This document shows, piece after piece, positions 48,884 through 62,102 of a stretch of DNA of 64,000 nt (position 1 is the first letter of the stretch; each line of letters begins with the position of its first letter). The stretch is taken from NCBI GenBank assembly GCA_030704615.1, contig CM060732.1, positions 62,744,001 through 62,808,000 of the forward strand. The letters are read 5' to 3'. The stretch is from Takakia lepidozioides (Eukaryota; Plantae; Bryophyta). Made by a program: the position numbers and the translations under genes. The notes under the pieces were generated by a model, which worked only from the letters and a program-made list of their open reading frames with translations, ran no database searches and was not told where the DNA came from.

Positions 48884-51800
48884 TTACACGGGTCTAATGC
48901 CAAGAGCTTTTCGAAATTGCTCAAAGAAGAAGAAGGTGATGATGGTGTGGGGTCCTATCCGCATCCACACCGGGATAAAGCCCTTGTATAAACCCCTAGG
49001 TCCCTCTGCCTGCAGTGTCTTCCAAAAACAGTCCAGCGTTGATGCATACAGCACACCGTCTCCACCTGCCTGAACAGCTTGCTGCATTATCCTGCTCCAG
49101 GATCGAGAGATACATTAGAGCCCTGGAAAATCCTAACACTAGAGATTTGCTCTTGCTAACCAGTCTTTCTGTTTCTGTCAAAGTCTGAGGCGTAAAGGTC
49201 TTGAGCAAAATTGACCTCCCCAATGTCAAGTGAAATACTTTAGGAGATCTCACCTATACTTCGAACTTCCTCCAGCTCTCCTCTCTTGTCTCTCAAGACT
49301 CTAGTGCCATAAGCTTTGTCTGGACATCATACAGTTTCTTTCTTTCTGCCATTTATCCCCGAATGTGCAGATGCAAACATACACACCATGCACATATGTT
49401 GCATGGCTAGCACAATCCTGCTAACTCTCTCTCAAACACACTATAACAAAGGTCTCTCTGCATTCAGGGGAAAAAAGCTCGTTTCACAAGAGGAACTTAC
49501 CGGGTTTTGATGAGATCTATGGGTGACATGACAACAGCTGTCACCAGTCCAGCTGTCATGGATGAGACCAGATGGCAGGCCATGCCCTCCTGCATCAAAC
49601 CTGAGTTCAACAAACCATACTTGGTGTGATCATAGCTCGGAACTTGAGCTGCATTTAGCAATGCTGCCCTCTGCATTGTGGGTCCCACGCCTCGGAACAG
49701 GCCCCGCATACCTTCTGTTCTGGCTATGGATACAAGGGCCTGAAATGGGCCCCGGTATTGCCATTGACCTGCACCCCCTAAAAGATCCAACAGAACATAC
49801 AAACTAAATCAGAAGGCTAACCAGTGATTATTATGACTAATGAAAACGTATAAAAATTGCAAGTAGAAAGAAAAATTGTATATAAAGAATAGCCTTGTGG
49901 CCATAGACCCTGCACCCAGTTTGGGCAGAACAAAAGGGAACAGAGACTACCTTGGTGAGGGGCTCACCCCAGCATTGGGACTTCGATATAAGAATTTGGT
50001 TGGGTTTCCAGATTTCCTCTAGAAAGCCCTAGCATCAATCTGCTGTGTGATTGTATACAAAGAGAATGTACTCATAAGACGACGTTTGCCGTAGCCTTGT
50101 GGCCATTGACCCCGGGCCCAGTTTGAGCGGAACACAAAGGGACAGAAACTACCTTTGTCTGGGGCTGACACCGTTAGTATGACTTACCTTGGAACAGAAA
50201 ATTGATCCGAGTTTTCCAGGTACCCTCTAGAAATTCCTTTACACAAGCATCAATCTGCTGTGTGTGGTTTGCCCAATAACTAGGCCCCAAAAGGGCCTGG
50301 ATGTTGGCTCAGCCTCGAGATTTTCAAAGTTGGTAAACAGAGGTACAGGCACAATTCCATTGATGGATTTGAAGAGGACGTCTCTCTGGTGAGAGTACCC
50401 AGGACAATGAATCAGAAAGCGAATATTGTCTACAAAGAGAGAATGTACTCATAAAAAGTTGTTTGGGAGTGTGTGAGAGAGAGGTAGACGTCCCAAACCA
50501 TTATATGATGAGCAGAGAAACTAATTTGGATACCACAGGGTGATCTCCTCAGTAGGGTAGTCAACACTTTATTAGCAGGAGCACTGTTTGCACTCTTCAC
50601 TAAACCAGGATGGCAAGTATCACCAGCAGTTTGAGCTTGAGCATCATCTAGATATCCAGCTTGAGACATTCTCCAGATTGGGTGAACATTTGAATTGGGA
50701 CTCGAAATTTTAGTGACCCAACCAGCTTGGTAAGGAGCTTCACTCCCTCTTAATTGGGATGTCCTGTAGCCTAAAATAAGCATGAGTGTACTTCAAGACA
50801 TTAATTGGAAAGATGGAAGAGGAAATTAATTTGAAGGGCCTTGACAAGCATATGCATGAAGAGACCAGAAATCAAGCACCTGCCATGTTTGTGCCAGTGA
50901 TAGGAGCTTGCATGCGGATCATGACCACGTCGGTGGGGTTAGCTACTGCACTGCCGATGGTACCGGCTGTCGCCCCAGCCACCACTTTTATCCACAAAGA
51001 TGTTTGTGTTGGATCATCTCCTCCCAACACCTGACCCCCTTAGTAATGACCACGTCAAATTCGTTTCCAATGCTCAACTTCTGTTATTTACTGCTCCTCA
51101 CTCATAATAAATACTTGAAGGAAGAAATTATGATCCAAGTACTGTGCCTTCTTCAAAGTTTTTACAGGATAGTCTTGACATAAACTGTGGCTTGGAAACA
51201 CTACGATCATTCGTGTTGCTATGTCAGCCTTCTATTAACTGTCAGCCACAATTTCCTTTAAATTTTTTTAAATGGGTGGTTGCAACTGCACACCATCAAT
51301 CTAGCCCACATCCAGAAACTACAGGTATGATGATGATGCCAGAATCCGAAATGCTCTTTCTCTTCCCTCTGCACTCTGCCCAGGTAATTACCTGCTTCAA
51401 GGGCTCATAGGCACCCATTCGAATGCTGGAGTAGGAGGCCTCCCGCAACAGTGCCGCCCCAGTGCCACGCCACAACCCCCTCAGCCCCTCCTCCTTTCCA
51501 ATTTGTATCATGCCCTTGAAGAAACCTGGGTAGTGTCGCTCCTGCCCAATACCAGTACTCTGTAACTACTTGTGTTTTGGATGCCTGATTTCTTCAAAAC
51601 ATTTCATCCTTTGGGTGCAAGTCATACCAGGAGTGTAAATCACAGTTGAATCCTGACATGCAGATCACTGATGTCCCTGACTACTAATAGATGTGGGCCA
51701 ACGGTCTTCAAGGGCTTAACCTTTGCTGGCCTCTGATAGTTGCCGATGACTACTGTGAAGAAATCAGGAGATTCTACCTTTGTTTCATTTCTCGTGGCTC

Positions 51801-52595
51801 TCTTCTTGTGACTAATGCTTTATGACAGGACACACTTCTAGTGCGGAAACTAATAACAGCGTTGAGGCAAGCGATCACAAGGGTTTCATGGCACCGAGGA
51901 GTAGCCTTGTAGAAATGTCAATAGCCATCCGTTCTCCCGAGGCAACAAACGGAATCAAGCAATACAAGTGCTACTTCTCATACGCTTCAGAGACCACCAC
52001 AAAGTGCTTCCAGATTCTCAACGACTCAACAAATAAGTCAAAAGTATGAGAGAGGGAGAGAGAAATAAAAAGCTGTTGCAGAAGGCCCTTGAGACCCTTG
52101 CATTTATACAAGTTCATTAAAGCCAAGGGAGTCACCTGGGTTGACGAGAGAGCCCCGTCAAGCTGCATGCGGACCTTGACCACATTAACTGGATTGGTGA
52201 TGGCAGCACCGCACATGTTGCTGACGCCTGCCAGCCCAAACACTGTGGCATGCCCCTGCCACCACTTCACCTCCCGGCTCCCTGCCTGACCCCACCACCC
52301 ATGGGTCAGAATCCACTGAAACTGGTGCTCGTTTGTCTAGTGCTTCCAACAATCCTTTATCAGATCCGACCTTAAATTGACTTAGAGACCCTCAGGGCTT
52401 ATTTATGCTCTTTGCTAGACATTGCCGTCTTAGCTCGGAACAATATCTGTTCCCTACTACATGCAGCATCAACTATTTCAACATCACCCAGAGTAGGAAT
52501 GGAGGTGTGTTGGAGGTGAGAGATGAAGACGTACACGAGGGCGCAGATATCGGCCTTGTACTCTCAGGAATCGGGGACACCGACTGCGCTCCCAT
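48884..52595 (-). CDS. Mitochondrial carrier family protein (SLC25, UCP/DIC-like); exons 52595-52488 (tentative), 52315-52136, 51541-51392, 51030-50880, 49768-49501, 49091-48884
   Basis: Three carrier signatures: PVNVVKVRMQ, PTDVVMIRMQ, PIDLIKTRIM. EGLRGLWRG, EGMRGLFRG and EGPRGLYKG motifs. GT-AG junctions with consistent phases. The first exon and the exon-2 acceptor are inferred. Confidence 0.88.
49889..50465 (-). mobile_element. Cluster of family B retro-insertions in an intron (older copy 49889-50049, younger copy 50066-50424, stub 50441-50465)
   Basis: The younger copy is flanked by ATTGTATACAAAGAGA / ATTGTCTACAAAGAGA (50050-50065 / 50425-50440). Strong similarity to 8355-8638. Confidence 0.85.
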
Positions 52596-53772
52596 GTGCA
52601 ACAAATTCAAATTCCTCCAGCGAAGCTCTTAATCCTTCGTCCCCACAGTCCTGCTCTCCCACTTCACCTGCTAGTATACCTGCTCAGCTCTATCATAGAC
52701 CCAGATAGAGGAAAAAATAACAAGTTTCCTCTACACGGATCCCTGTCTATCCCTGTCTCTCGACTTCCGATCTAACCCCCTTGGAAAGTCTCTCAAACTG
52801 TTCCACCAATTGCAATTCCACCCCACCACAGGTCAGCCGATCACTCTCTCTAACCCCATTCCTGGCTGCAGATCCTAATACCCCAGCTCGAAATCTCTCT
52901 CCCTCTTATTGGCAATCTCTACCCTTGGAGGGATGTGACCCTGATAATCGAGAAACTCGAGATCCGCCATAACCCACACCGATCAGTACACAGAAAACAA
53001 CGCCTTCACTGGATCAGGACAAGCAGACAAGTCTTCGTTTATTGTATAGATCGACGATACAGTAGACAAATACAGTCCTCCAACTCGGATGAACCGCGAC
53101 AATTGCCATTCTACACACACAGTCAGCACTCAGCCTCACCGTCCATGTCCAGCTCTGCACCCCAGCTACCCACATGGCACCAAAAAAAGAAAGAGAAAGG
53201 TCGTTTGTAGATGCAGTGATTATGAGCACAGTCATTGCAAATTTTGATTTGATTGGCCATGCGGCCGGGTCACCTCAATCCTTATCAACCTGCAAAAACA
53301 GGATTGTGAAGATGAAGAAGCTTTTGAGACGACAGGTCAGATGAAATGAGGACAGATTCTGTGCCATCAACTTCGTTATGGTATGCAAGAATGGAGAAAA
53401 ATGATGGTGGGAAATGCCAAAAGCCATGGACTTCCAGATGGACTTGATTAGAGAATGCACATTCAGCCATATGTGATGCGCCATTTGCCCCTACTTTTGA
53501 TACATTTATGGATTGTGGTAGTTCTCCACCCACTTTAGAGAATGACTCGTGATCAAGCCTAGATCACTTTGATGACTTGGCGTGCTCACATTTATCCACG
53601 TGGACAAATCTGCGCTCACGCCACATCATCAACTGGTAAGAGAGTCTGTTCTCGTGGATATGGACCCTATTACCATGAAGTAGATCTTTAATTCATATTC
53701 ATATCACTGATAAACAGATCACGTCGTTGTGAATGACCTGTCATAAACCACATTGTACAACATTGTTGCAAA

Positions 53773-54106
53773 AGAGACTATATGAGAGGGTTGGGGAAAA
53801 AAATGAGTGCGTTATTGATGCACACCCTTTTCCAGGCCCAAATATACATATATTTTTATTTTTATTTTTATTTTTTTGGGCTGGAAAAAGTGTGTGCGTC
53901 CACGTTGGCACGCATTTTTTCCGGCAACCCAAACGCTTTCTCTGCCGTTAAAAAAATATATATATTTTTTAGGGTTATAAAAAGGGTGTGTGTCAACGCA
54001 CGCATTTTTCTGACAAACCAAATGTTTTATATCGTCTCCGTCATTTTATCTTTATTTTATTTATTTACTTTTAGCATTTTTTCCCAAACCCTCTCATATC
54101 GTCCCT
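53773..54106. mobile_element. MITE with ~32-bp TIRs
   Basis: AGAGACTATATGAGAGGGTTGGGGAAAAAAATG vs CATTTTTTCCCAAACCCTCTCATATCGTCCCT. AT-rich interior with internal repeats. TSD not resolved. Confidence 0.7.
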
Positions 54107-54827
54107 TGCCTATTATATTGTTAAACTCATTGCCATGTTGCAACAGAGATATTCAAGCAAAATGTTCTTCGAGTGTCATTGTGTTTGTGGCTTATCACCC
54201 TTTGATTGCCACATCAATAGGGGTCTTTTAGTGTTCAATGACAGTTGTATTCGTGTTGTTCTCCACACCATTCAAGGGCTAGTTCCCACGATAGTAGGTG
54301 TTTCTCCGGAGAGTTGATGGCAATTGAGAAAATGAAGATGGAGTGGAGTAGCGGAGAAGAGAAACATTCGGATGTTTGGTCAAGAGAAGCATTGCACGTA
54401 TATTGCATAAGTTATAGCAGGAAAGAAGTAGAAAACAAGCACCCGGAATGAAGCATCAAGTACTCAATCACAATGGTATATCTCATATCTTAACTCACTT
54501 CTTTCATTTGAACAGTTTCAGCTTTATACATTCGGGTTTATTGCTTCTTGACATTCTCTAAACAATGCATCTCTCATTATGCGCTTCGCTTCAAATCTGG
54601 CTCTTTGATGTTTCGGGTGGCAATCGAAGGGGAGGATTGACATAACCTAAATTGGGATTTGCATTAGCAAACATCCTCCATGTACCTCGAGGAAGCTTCT
54701 AAAGAGCCCCAAATGCGTTCTTTGTAACAACTCGTCCTCTGCAAACTTGTTTATCAAACTATATCCTCGTAGCATCACCATCTCTCAGTCTGAAAGGTCG
54801 AAGAAGCCAAGTCCCAAACAACAAAAT

Positions 54828-56100
54828 AAAATGAAATGAAATGAAATGAAATGGTGCTTTATAACGTCCGCGGAAAGCTCATAGAGCTTATGGGACAAAA
54901 TGGAAAGAAAAACATGAGAGAAAACAGGAAACCAAATTCGAAGATAAGAACTATTGTTCGAGTGATTGTCTAAGGGTGAATGCCTTGTGCAGGTAGGCGG
55001 CCAAGCATTTCTGATCTTCATAGTGAAAGACCTCAGTGAGAGATTGGGTTCCACAGAATAGACAATGGAATCTCCCACGGATCTCATAGTATAGAGGGCA
55101 ATAGAACAAGAAGTGTTCTTTAGTTTCAATTTCCTGGTTGCGTCATGTGCAAGTTGGACAGAGGCGGTCCTCCCGCTGTAGGTTTTCCTATCTGTCAGTC
55201 TCTAGGTTGTGGGAGCCCACCCTGAACCGCCCCAAAGCCCTCAGGAGAGAAGGAGATAAAGAGGCCGAAAGGTAATTGGGCCGCAAGATTCTATCATCTC
55301 GGAGAACCAAGAATGTTTCTCGATAGAAATGGAGCTTTGTCGTGAGGTTGGGTAACTTCCAAGTTCTCCTGACATGTAGCTCCATGAGCTCATTTCTAAT
55401 GAGTTGGTTGCAGTCGTGCTTGGATGTGATGTCGGGGTGATGTCCATCCCTTCTGGGTTCACTGGCAACAATGAAGCAATAGAGAGTCCATGGCGTTCAA
55501 AAAGGTATCCATACGAGCATACCAAGATTAGAGCTACGTAGTCCCTGTGCAAATCTATACAACACCCATATCAGCCACGGCCTTTGGAATCATGGAACCG
55601 AGTCTAACAACCACATAGTGCACTTGTGTAGGTGAAATGGAATGAGTTCATATACAGTGTAAAGAAAAGCTGCATATAACAGAGTTATCCGTAAATTCCA
55701 TCAACTCACGACAACTCGACCCACTTCAAGGTGAAACTTGCGTCCAGCTAGGATGCGCATTTTTTGGCAATTTTTGTCGTATTCAACTCGGGTCCAAACT
55801 CCAAACACCTGCCCAAATGCACGTCCAGGGAGTTTCATCGTGAGTTTAGTTGAGAAGGCTTGCGACAGCCAGAGGGCCCGTTGTGAGAGCCACTTTGCAC
55901 AATCAACGATTCCTAACAAATTTACAAAAATTTGCGGAGGGAAGCAAACTCACGTCGAAATTGCGTTTTTTAACAACTCGCGATGAAACTTAGGTATGAA
56001 TTTACAGATAACTCTAACATCCTATAATATTGCTTGAGTTACTTTCTATCTCTATATTTGGGAGTGAAATGCCACATCCCCACTCAATCTGATTTTCATT
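54828..56100 (-). mobile_element. 3' remnant of an RTEX-type LINE with (TTTCA)n tail
   Basis: PNYLSASLSPSLLRALGRFRVGSHNLETDR*ENLQREDRLCPTCT*RNQEIETKEHFLFYCPLYYEIRGRFHCLF, a typical C-terminal zinc-knuckle region. (AAATG)n at 54828-54853. The 5' limit is approximate. Confidence 0.75.
55681..56015. mobile_element. MITE with 18-bp TIRs and 3-bp AAC duplication, nested in the LINE remnant
   Basis: AAC|AGAGTTATCCGTAAATTC ... GAATTTACAGATAACTCT|AAC, TIR match 17/18. Confidence 0.75.
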
Positions 56101-56203
56101 GTGTTGTTTCGCTTCTTCCGCAATACTCTGTCAGGTCCCTGATCTGTAGAAATGAACGCGAGTAACATTAAAAGTGTCCAATGTCCAAGGAGGCAGTCAA
56201 TTG

Positions 56204-59200
56204 TGTTAATGATATGAAGCGTCATACCGTATGATACCTGAACGTTGAGTAGCAGTTACTAGTCAGTTCTAAGTAGTTATCTGTTACGTTGGTTGGTACA
56301 CGGGTTTCAGATGTCAGTTGGCATCAAGGCAGATATTCTTGTTTGTATTGTGATCATGTCTTAATGTTATGTTCCGTGAAAGCGTTCTATCTCTCTCCTG
56401 TTGTCATTGTCTTGTCTTGTCAAGCCTATGGGATTTTAGGAACTGTGACATGGTATCAGAGCCACTTAGAGAGCAAGGCGGAAAGACAGTGTCGTTTCTA
56501 AGAGAGAATTAGATCAATTCGTAAGCATGGCTGGAGTAGTCAGGAACTCGGGAAAACTCCGTTTAATAGATACGTTCGACGGAGAAAACTTTCATACTTG
56601 GAAGCTGAAGATCCGAATGCTATTATTAGATAGAGATCTTTGATCCATAGTAGACAGGACTGAAGCGAAGCCTGCTGCTACAGATCAAAATGCTATGAAA
56701 GAGTGGGAAAAGAGAGATGGAAAAGCACTGCAACAATCCTATTAAACTTAAAAGACTCTCAGCTTTTGCATGTCAGTCAGGCTACAACATCTAAGGCAGC
56801 CTGGGATCATTTAGTGACAGTATTTGAAATAACAGATGTGACTTCTAAGCTTTATTTAAGAAGACGACAGCTCCGTTTAAAAATGTCTGAATCAGAATCT
56901 GTAGCAGAGCATGTTATTAACTTTAGGGGTAGGGTAGGGTAGGGTTTCCTGTATCTGCAGACGATCAGGTAGTAGACTAAATTATTTTTGATAACCTGGT
57001 CATTTCTCTTAGTAGTCAGCAAGCGTTAATTATAGAAAATGTAACTGGAATGCTATTACAAGAAGAGATGAGGCGAAGAGATTTCGGGGTTGGGACAACT
57101 GAGGTGTTGTGCTTTATTTGCTGGAGGAATCAGCGTCTTAATAAAAAGAAAAGAAGCCTCAGAAGCAAATAAAAATAACAAACAATATGAGGTCTTAGGA
57201 GTACACCAACAAAAAGGTCGTCAAATATTTTGTCAAATAGTTCTCGTACCCCTACAAAAAAAAGAATGTAAAGGGGTTAGGTCACATGACGAAGCAATGT
57301 AGGAAGAGAATGACAGATGGGCAGTGAGAAGAGAGATGGAAAGACCAAGCTCACTCAGGGAGGATGCTGATAGTATTGATTGTGAGAAAACTATTTGTTA
57401 CAACTCTCTCTACTACTTTCCAAAATGATCTTGATGACTGGTATATTGACTCGGGGGCTTCCAACATATGACCTCTAACAAAGATCTGTTTGTAAAGTAC
57501 AACAATGGGATCTTGTCGGACGGGTTTACTTGGGAGACGACATTAGTCACATAATCAGGGTCAAGGCCAGGTTTTGCTTTATGCAAGAAGGAAATAAAGA
57601 GTATATAGATGATGTGTTATTTGTTCAAGGGTTTGACGAAGATTACTGTCAGTGAGTAGAAGTTATTACTCTGGGATGACAACTTGAGTTTCATGCAATT
57701 GTTGTCTTTTGAAGACAACAGATGGGGATGTGGGGTGGCGAGAGGGGGTGGGGTGAGAGAAGATAATGTATAAGTTGTGTGCTTCTTCAGTCTTACCTCA
57801 GATAAAACGTCTGGAAAGTGCCTTGATGTCAAAACAGAAGAGTGATCTTTGGCATCGTAGGCTGGCCAATCTTCAGTATTAAAACTCTACGTCCTAATGC
57901 ATCAGAACATGGTTCAAGATTTCAATATTGATTGCTCAGTTGGAACCTCTTTTTGCGAAGGTGCATATTTGAACAACAACATAGGCATTATTCTAAATGA
58001 GGAGGAAGTCGTGCCGTGGATTGTTGGAGTTGGTACATTCAGACGTTTGCGGGGCCCATGAAACAAATCAATTGGAGGAGCAAAATACTTTATGACGTTC
58101 ATAGTGATTGTCTAGAAGAAACACTAGTATTTTCTGAGAATTAAAAGTGAAGCTTTAGAAAAGTTCAAGATCTATAAGTCTCTGGTGCAAAAACAGACAA
58201 GGAAGCGAGTCAAGAATTGCGCTCTCTGACAATGGAGGGGAGTAGAAATCAAATGTTTTTGCTCAATTTGGCTTGAAAGAAGGAATTGAGGTTCACTGAA
58301 TGAAGCTCCTTACACCCCGAGCGAAACGGGGTGGCCTGAACGTAAGAAACCGTCATTGGTAGAAGCAGCAAAGACAATGTTGAAGCATAGTGGGTTAGAC
58401 AACAATGGTGGGCAGGGTTTGTTGCAAACGGCCAACTATGTAATAAACAGGGTACATACAAGTGCGTGTGTCCCAGGAAGGACACCGAGGAGTTTGGACT
58501 GGTTCAGAAGCCCCCAGTGAAGCATTACGTTGTTTTGGTTGTGAAGCTTTGTTCAGATCCCTAAGGAGAAGAAGAAGAAGCTTGATGATAAAAGCGCACA
58601 AAGTGTATTTTTGTGGGTTATCTGAAGCCCGTAAATCTTATCGGTTTTTTGATCTAGCTAAAAAGTCCTGGTTAGTTAGTCGTGATGTGGTTTTCAATGA
58701 AGCATGAAACCAAGACACTTCGAGGTGGTGAGCCTGAGAAGGGATCAGATGTGGATCTAGGTTGGACATGACGAAGACTGTGACTCTGGCTCTGATGAGA
58801 AATATGAGACACCACAGCCAAGTAATATTCCAGCAAAGTTCAAGTGGCTCACCTCAACTACGGCCACCTAGGGTTACTGATATTGTCAAGTTCGCAGGTC
58901 CATGAGAGATAGAAGACCCAGTCAAAGACTCATAGAATCTCTCGATTTATCACAAACAATGCTCGTTGAAAATGAAGAGCCAGTGTCATTTAAGGAAGCT
59001 CTCAATTGTAGAGAGTCGTCAAGATGACAAGAGGCTATGAAAGAGTTTGCATCCTTACTAAAGAATGGTACTTGGAAGCTAACTAAACTTCCACAAGGGA
59101 GAAAGACTGTTGTGTAAGTGGATCTATAACTCAAACTTAAAGCAGATGGATCAGTGGAAAGGTATAAAGCCAGACTAGTTGCAAGAGGTTTTTCTCAGAG

Positions 59201-60772
59201 AGGAGTGGATTATAATGAGACATTTTCACCTGTTGCAAAGATATCTTCTATCAGGACTATTTTTGCTATTGCCGCACTATCAAATCTGGAGGTCCATCAA
59301 ATGGACGTGAAGACTGCCTTCTTAAATGGAGATTTGGAGGAGGAGGTTTATATGGAGCACCCTCAAGGGTTCATTGCTCCTGGAGAAGAAGACTTGGTCT
59401 GTAAATTGATAAAAACCCTATATGGCTTGAAACAGTCACCTCGAGCCTGGTTCCAGAAGTTTAATGGTTATTTAATCTTTGAAGGTTTTGTGGCATCTCC
59501 AGCAGATAGTAATGTGTACATTAAATTCAAAGAGGACAAGTTTGTACTCATTGCACTGTATGTGGATGACTCAATTTTAGTCAGCAATGATGTGAAAGCA
59601 TTGAAACATGCAAAACAACGTTTACATGCTACATTTGATAGGACGGATCTTAGAGACATTCATTATTTTTTGGGCATTCAAGTTGAACAAGACAGGGACA
59701 AGGGTACTTTACACTTAAGTCAAAAGAAGTATATTCAAACTATTTTGAATAAGTTTGGAATGAGCTTTTGCAAACCAGTGAGTACTCCACTCGAAATTGG
59801 TGTTAAGTTGAGTACAGATATATGTCCTCAATGCAATGAAGAGAAGCAAGCTGTAAGCAGTGTTCTATATCAAAGTGTTGTGGGAAGTTTGATGTACTTA
59901 ATGGTATGTTCTAGACCAGACTTGGCTTTTGCTGTGGGAGTAGTGAGCCAGTTTCTGGTAAATCTTGGCATACGACATTGGAGTGCTGTAAAGCGAATTT
60001 TTCCGGTATATTAAAGGAACTGAAGATCATTTCAGTGGGAGTAGAGAGAAGGCTGCTGGTCATATTGAGTTACATGGATACTGTGATGCTGATTGGGCGA
60101 GTCATCATAATAACCAGAAGTCAACCACATGCTATGCTTTCTTGTTTGGTAGTTCTGCCACTGTTAGCTGGAGTAGTAAGATGCAAGCAACAGTGCATTG
60201 TCATCTACCGAAGCAGAATACATTGCTACTACACAAGCAGCCAAGGAGATTGTATGGTTGAGGAGTTTATTCAAGAGTATTGGTCATGAGCAACCTCATC
60301 CTACTAGGCTGTCTTGTGACAACCAGAGTTGTATAGTGTTAACTAAGAACCCTAAGTTTCATGCTAGAACTAAGAATATAAAAATCCAACACCATTTATT
60401 CGAGAGAAAGTGGAGAGTAAGGAGATACTACTAGAGTTCTGTAGCACTGAAGAGATGGTTGCAGATGTGTTCACTAAGGCTGTACCAAGAAATAAACACA
60501 TTTGGTGTAGACATGTTATGTCAATACTGAGTGTTCAGGGTGCTAGCTTAGTGGGAGTGTTAATGATATGAAGCGTCACACCCTATGGTACCTGAACGTT
60601 GAGTAGCAGTTACTAGTTAGGTCTAAGTAGTTATCTGTTACGTTGGTTGGTACATGGGTTTCAGATGTCAGTTGGCATCAAGGCAAATATTCCTGCTTGT
60701 ATTGTGATCATGTCTTAATGTTATGCTCCGGGAAAGCGTTCTATCTCTCTCCTGTTGTCATTGTCTTGTCTT
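56204..60772 (+). mobile_element. Ty1/copia LTR retrotransposon, decayed
   Basis: 5' LTR 56204-56450 (TG...CA), PBS TGGTATCAGAGCC (tRNA-iMet), gag, protease WYIDSGAS, integrase remnants, RT (YKARLVARGFSQ, QMDVKTAFLNG, LYVDD), RNase H (SSTEAEY, CDNQS), PPT AGTGGGAG. 3' LTR 60558-60772 lacks the last ~32 bp. About 11 differences between LTRs by eye. Confidence 0.95.
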
Positions 60773-62102
60773 CGCTGTGGAGAAAAATGCCAGAAGAATT
60801 GCAAGAGTATAGGATGCCATGGCTGGAAGCTCTCTTGATCACAAGGAGTGAATGACAAAGGCAGGGTAACAAATGTGTTGGATTACGTAGGAGGCGCCAT
60901 AGGGCCAGCTATTCATGCATCGTTGGAACTCGTGGTTTGGGGCCGCACAAGCCGGTCTCCATTCTACGTGCACGGGGCAAATAAGAAACACTTGTCGGAT
61001 TTCAAGACCTGTAGAGATGATTTCAGTAGTGGCTTGGCGGTAGCTTGCCAAAATTTCAGCCAGGTTACTTTGCTTCAGAAAGTGAATGTGTTGTTCAACC
61101 ACTTCTCTGATATGCTTGCAAGCATCAAGCTGTCGTCTCAAATATGGAACTGTAGATTAAAAGATGAGATTGTTTGTGCACGCACTACCGGAAATTATCA
61201 ACTTTTCTCCTTTTTGCAGACAACAATCGCCGCATTATATAAGAGGATGCCCATGGAATATTTTTCTCTCCAACAGATTTGTGAGCACCCTAGTGTCAAC
61301 CTGGATTTAGAGTTAGGTAGCTACTTTCGATCGCTCTGGTGCTGCATTTTGCCCAACAGCTAGATTATGGAAGTGTAAAGTGAGAGAGTACATCATTTTG
61401 TACCAACATCTGGCCAGTACTTCCATTGCAACCAGCCTTCTCATCAAACTACCACTTCAAGTATGTACTTTATCGCGGAAGTTATGATTTAGCCACAGCA
61501 CTTCCCACAACTGTGGCAACTTTTTAAGATATAATTTAAAGTGTTGAAAGTGTCACAGAAATTTTTCTCGTCCATTTTTGTCACACGCTGAGTACTCAGA
61601 TCGAGATTTTTTGAGACTGTCTGTTATTGGCATATTCGTGGTATTGAATCATTTATTTCTGTACGAAATAGCATACTTTTCAAACTATGATAGGTTGGGG
61701 TTCAGTCCCTCTGTATCAATCAACACTCTCTCACCTAAGCAGATTCCGAAGTCTACAGTTGCTGGAACTGACATCTCCCAGAATCTTCCACCCTATCGAA
61801 CAGTTAACTAGTGTGGAATTTACTTTCTGCAGCTAACCATTGCTATCACATCTCCAAATTCCTGACGATGTATCTGTACATTATACCCTTTCAGAGTAAT
61901 TGCCTTACAGTGTCAAAGCAGTGCAAAACTTGACCAATGCTCACTTTCAGAAACGTTCCTGCCACAAGTTTTTCAAGGAGATGTGACGACCCAACCTCCG
62001 CTCTTTTGTGCACCATGGGCTGGCTTTAGAGGATTTTGCAGCCGAGAAGTGTGAGCGAGGTGTTGTCTCGCTTTTCATGATATACTTAGCTGACAACACG
62101 TC

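Noticed and set aside
60848-61363. 171-aa ORF after the copia 3' LTR
   Set aside because: No recognisable motif or splice structure; likely spurious or degraded TE.
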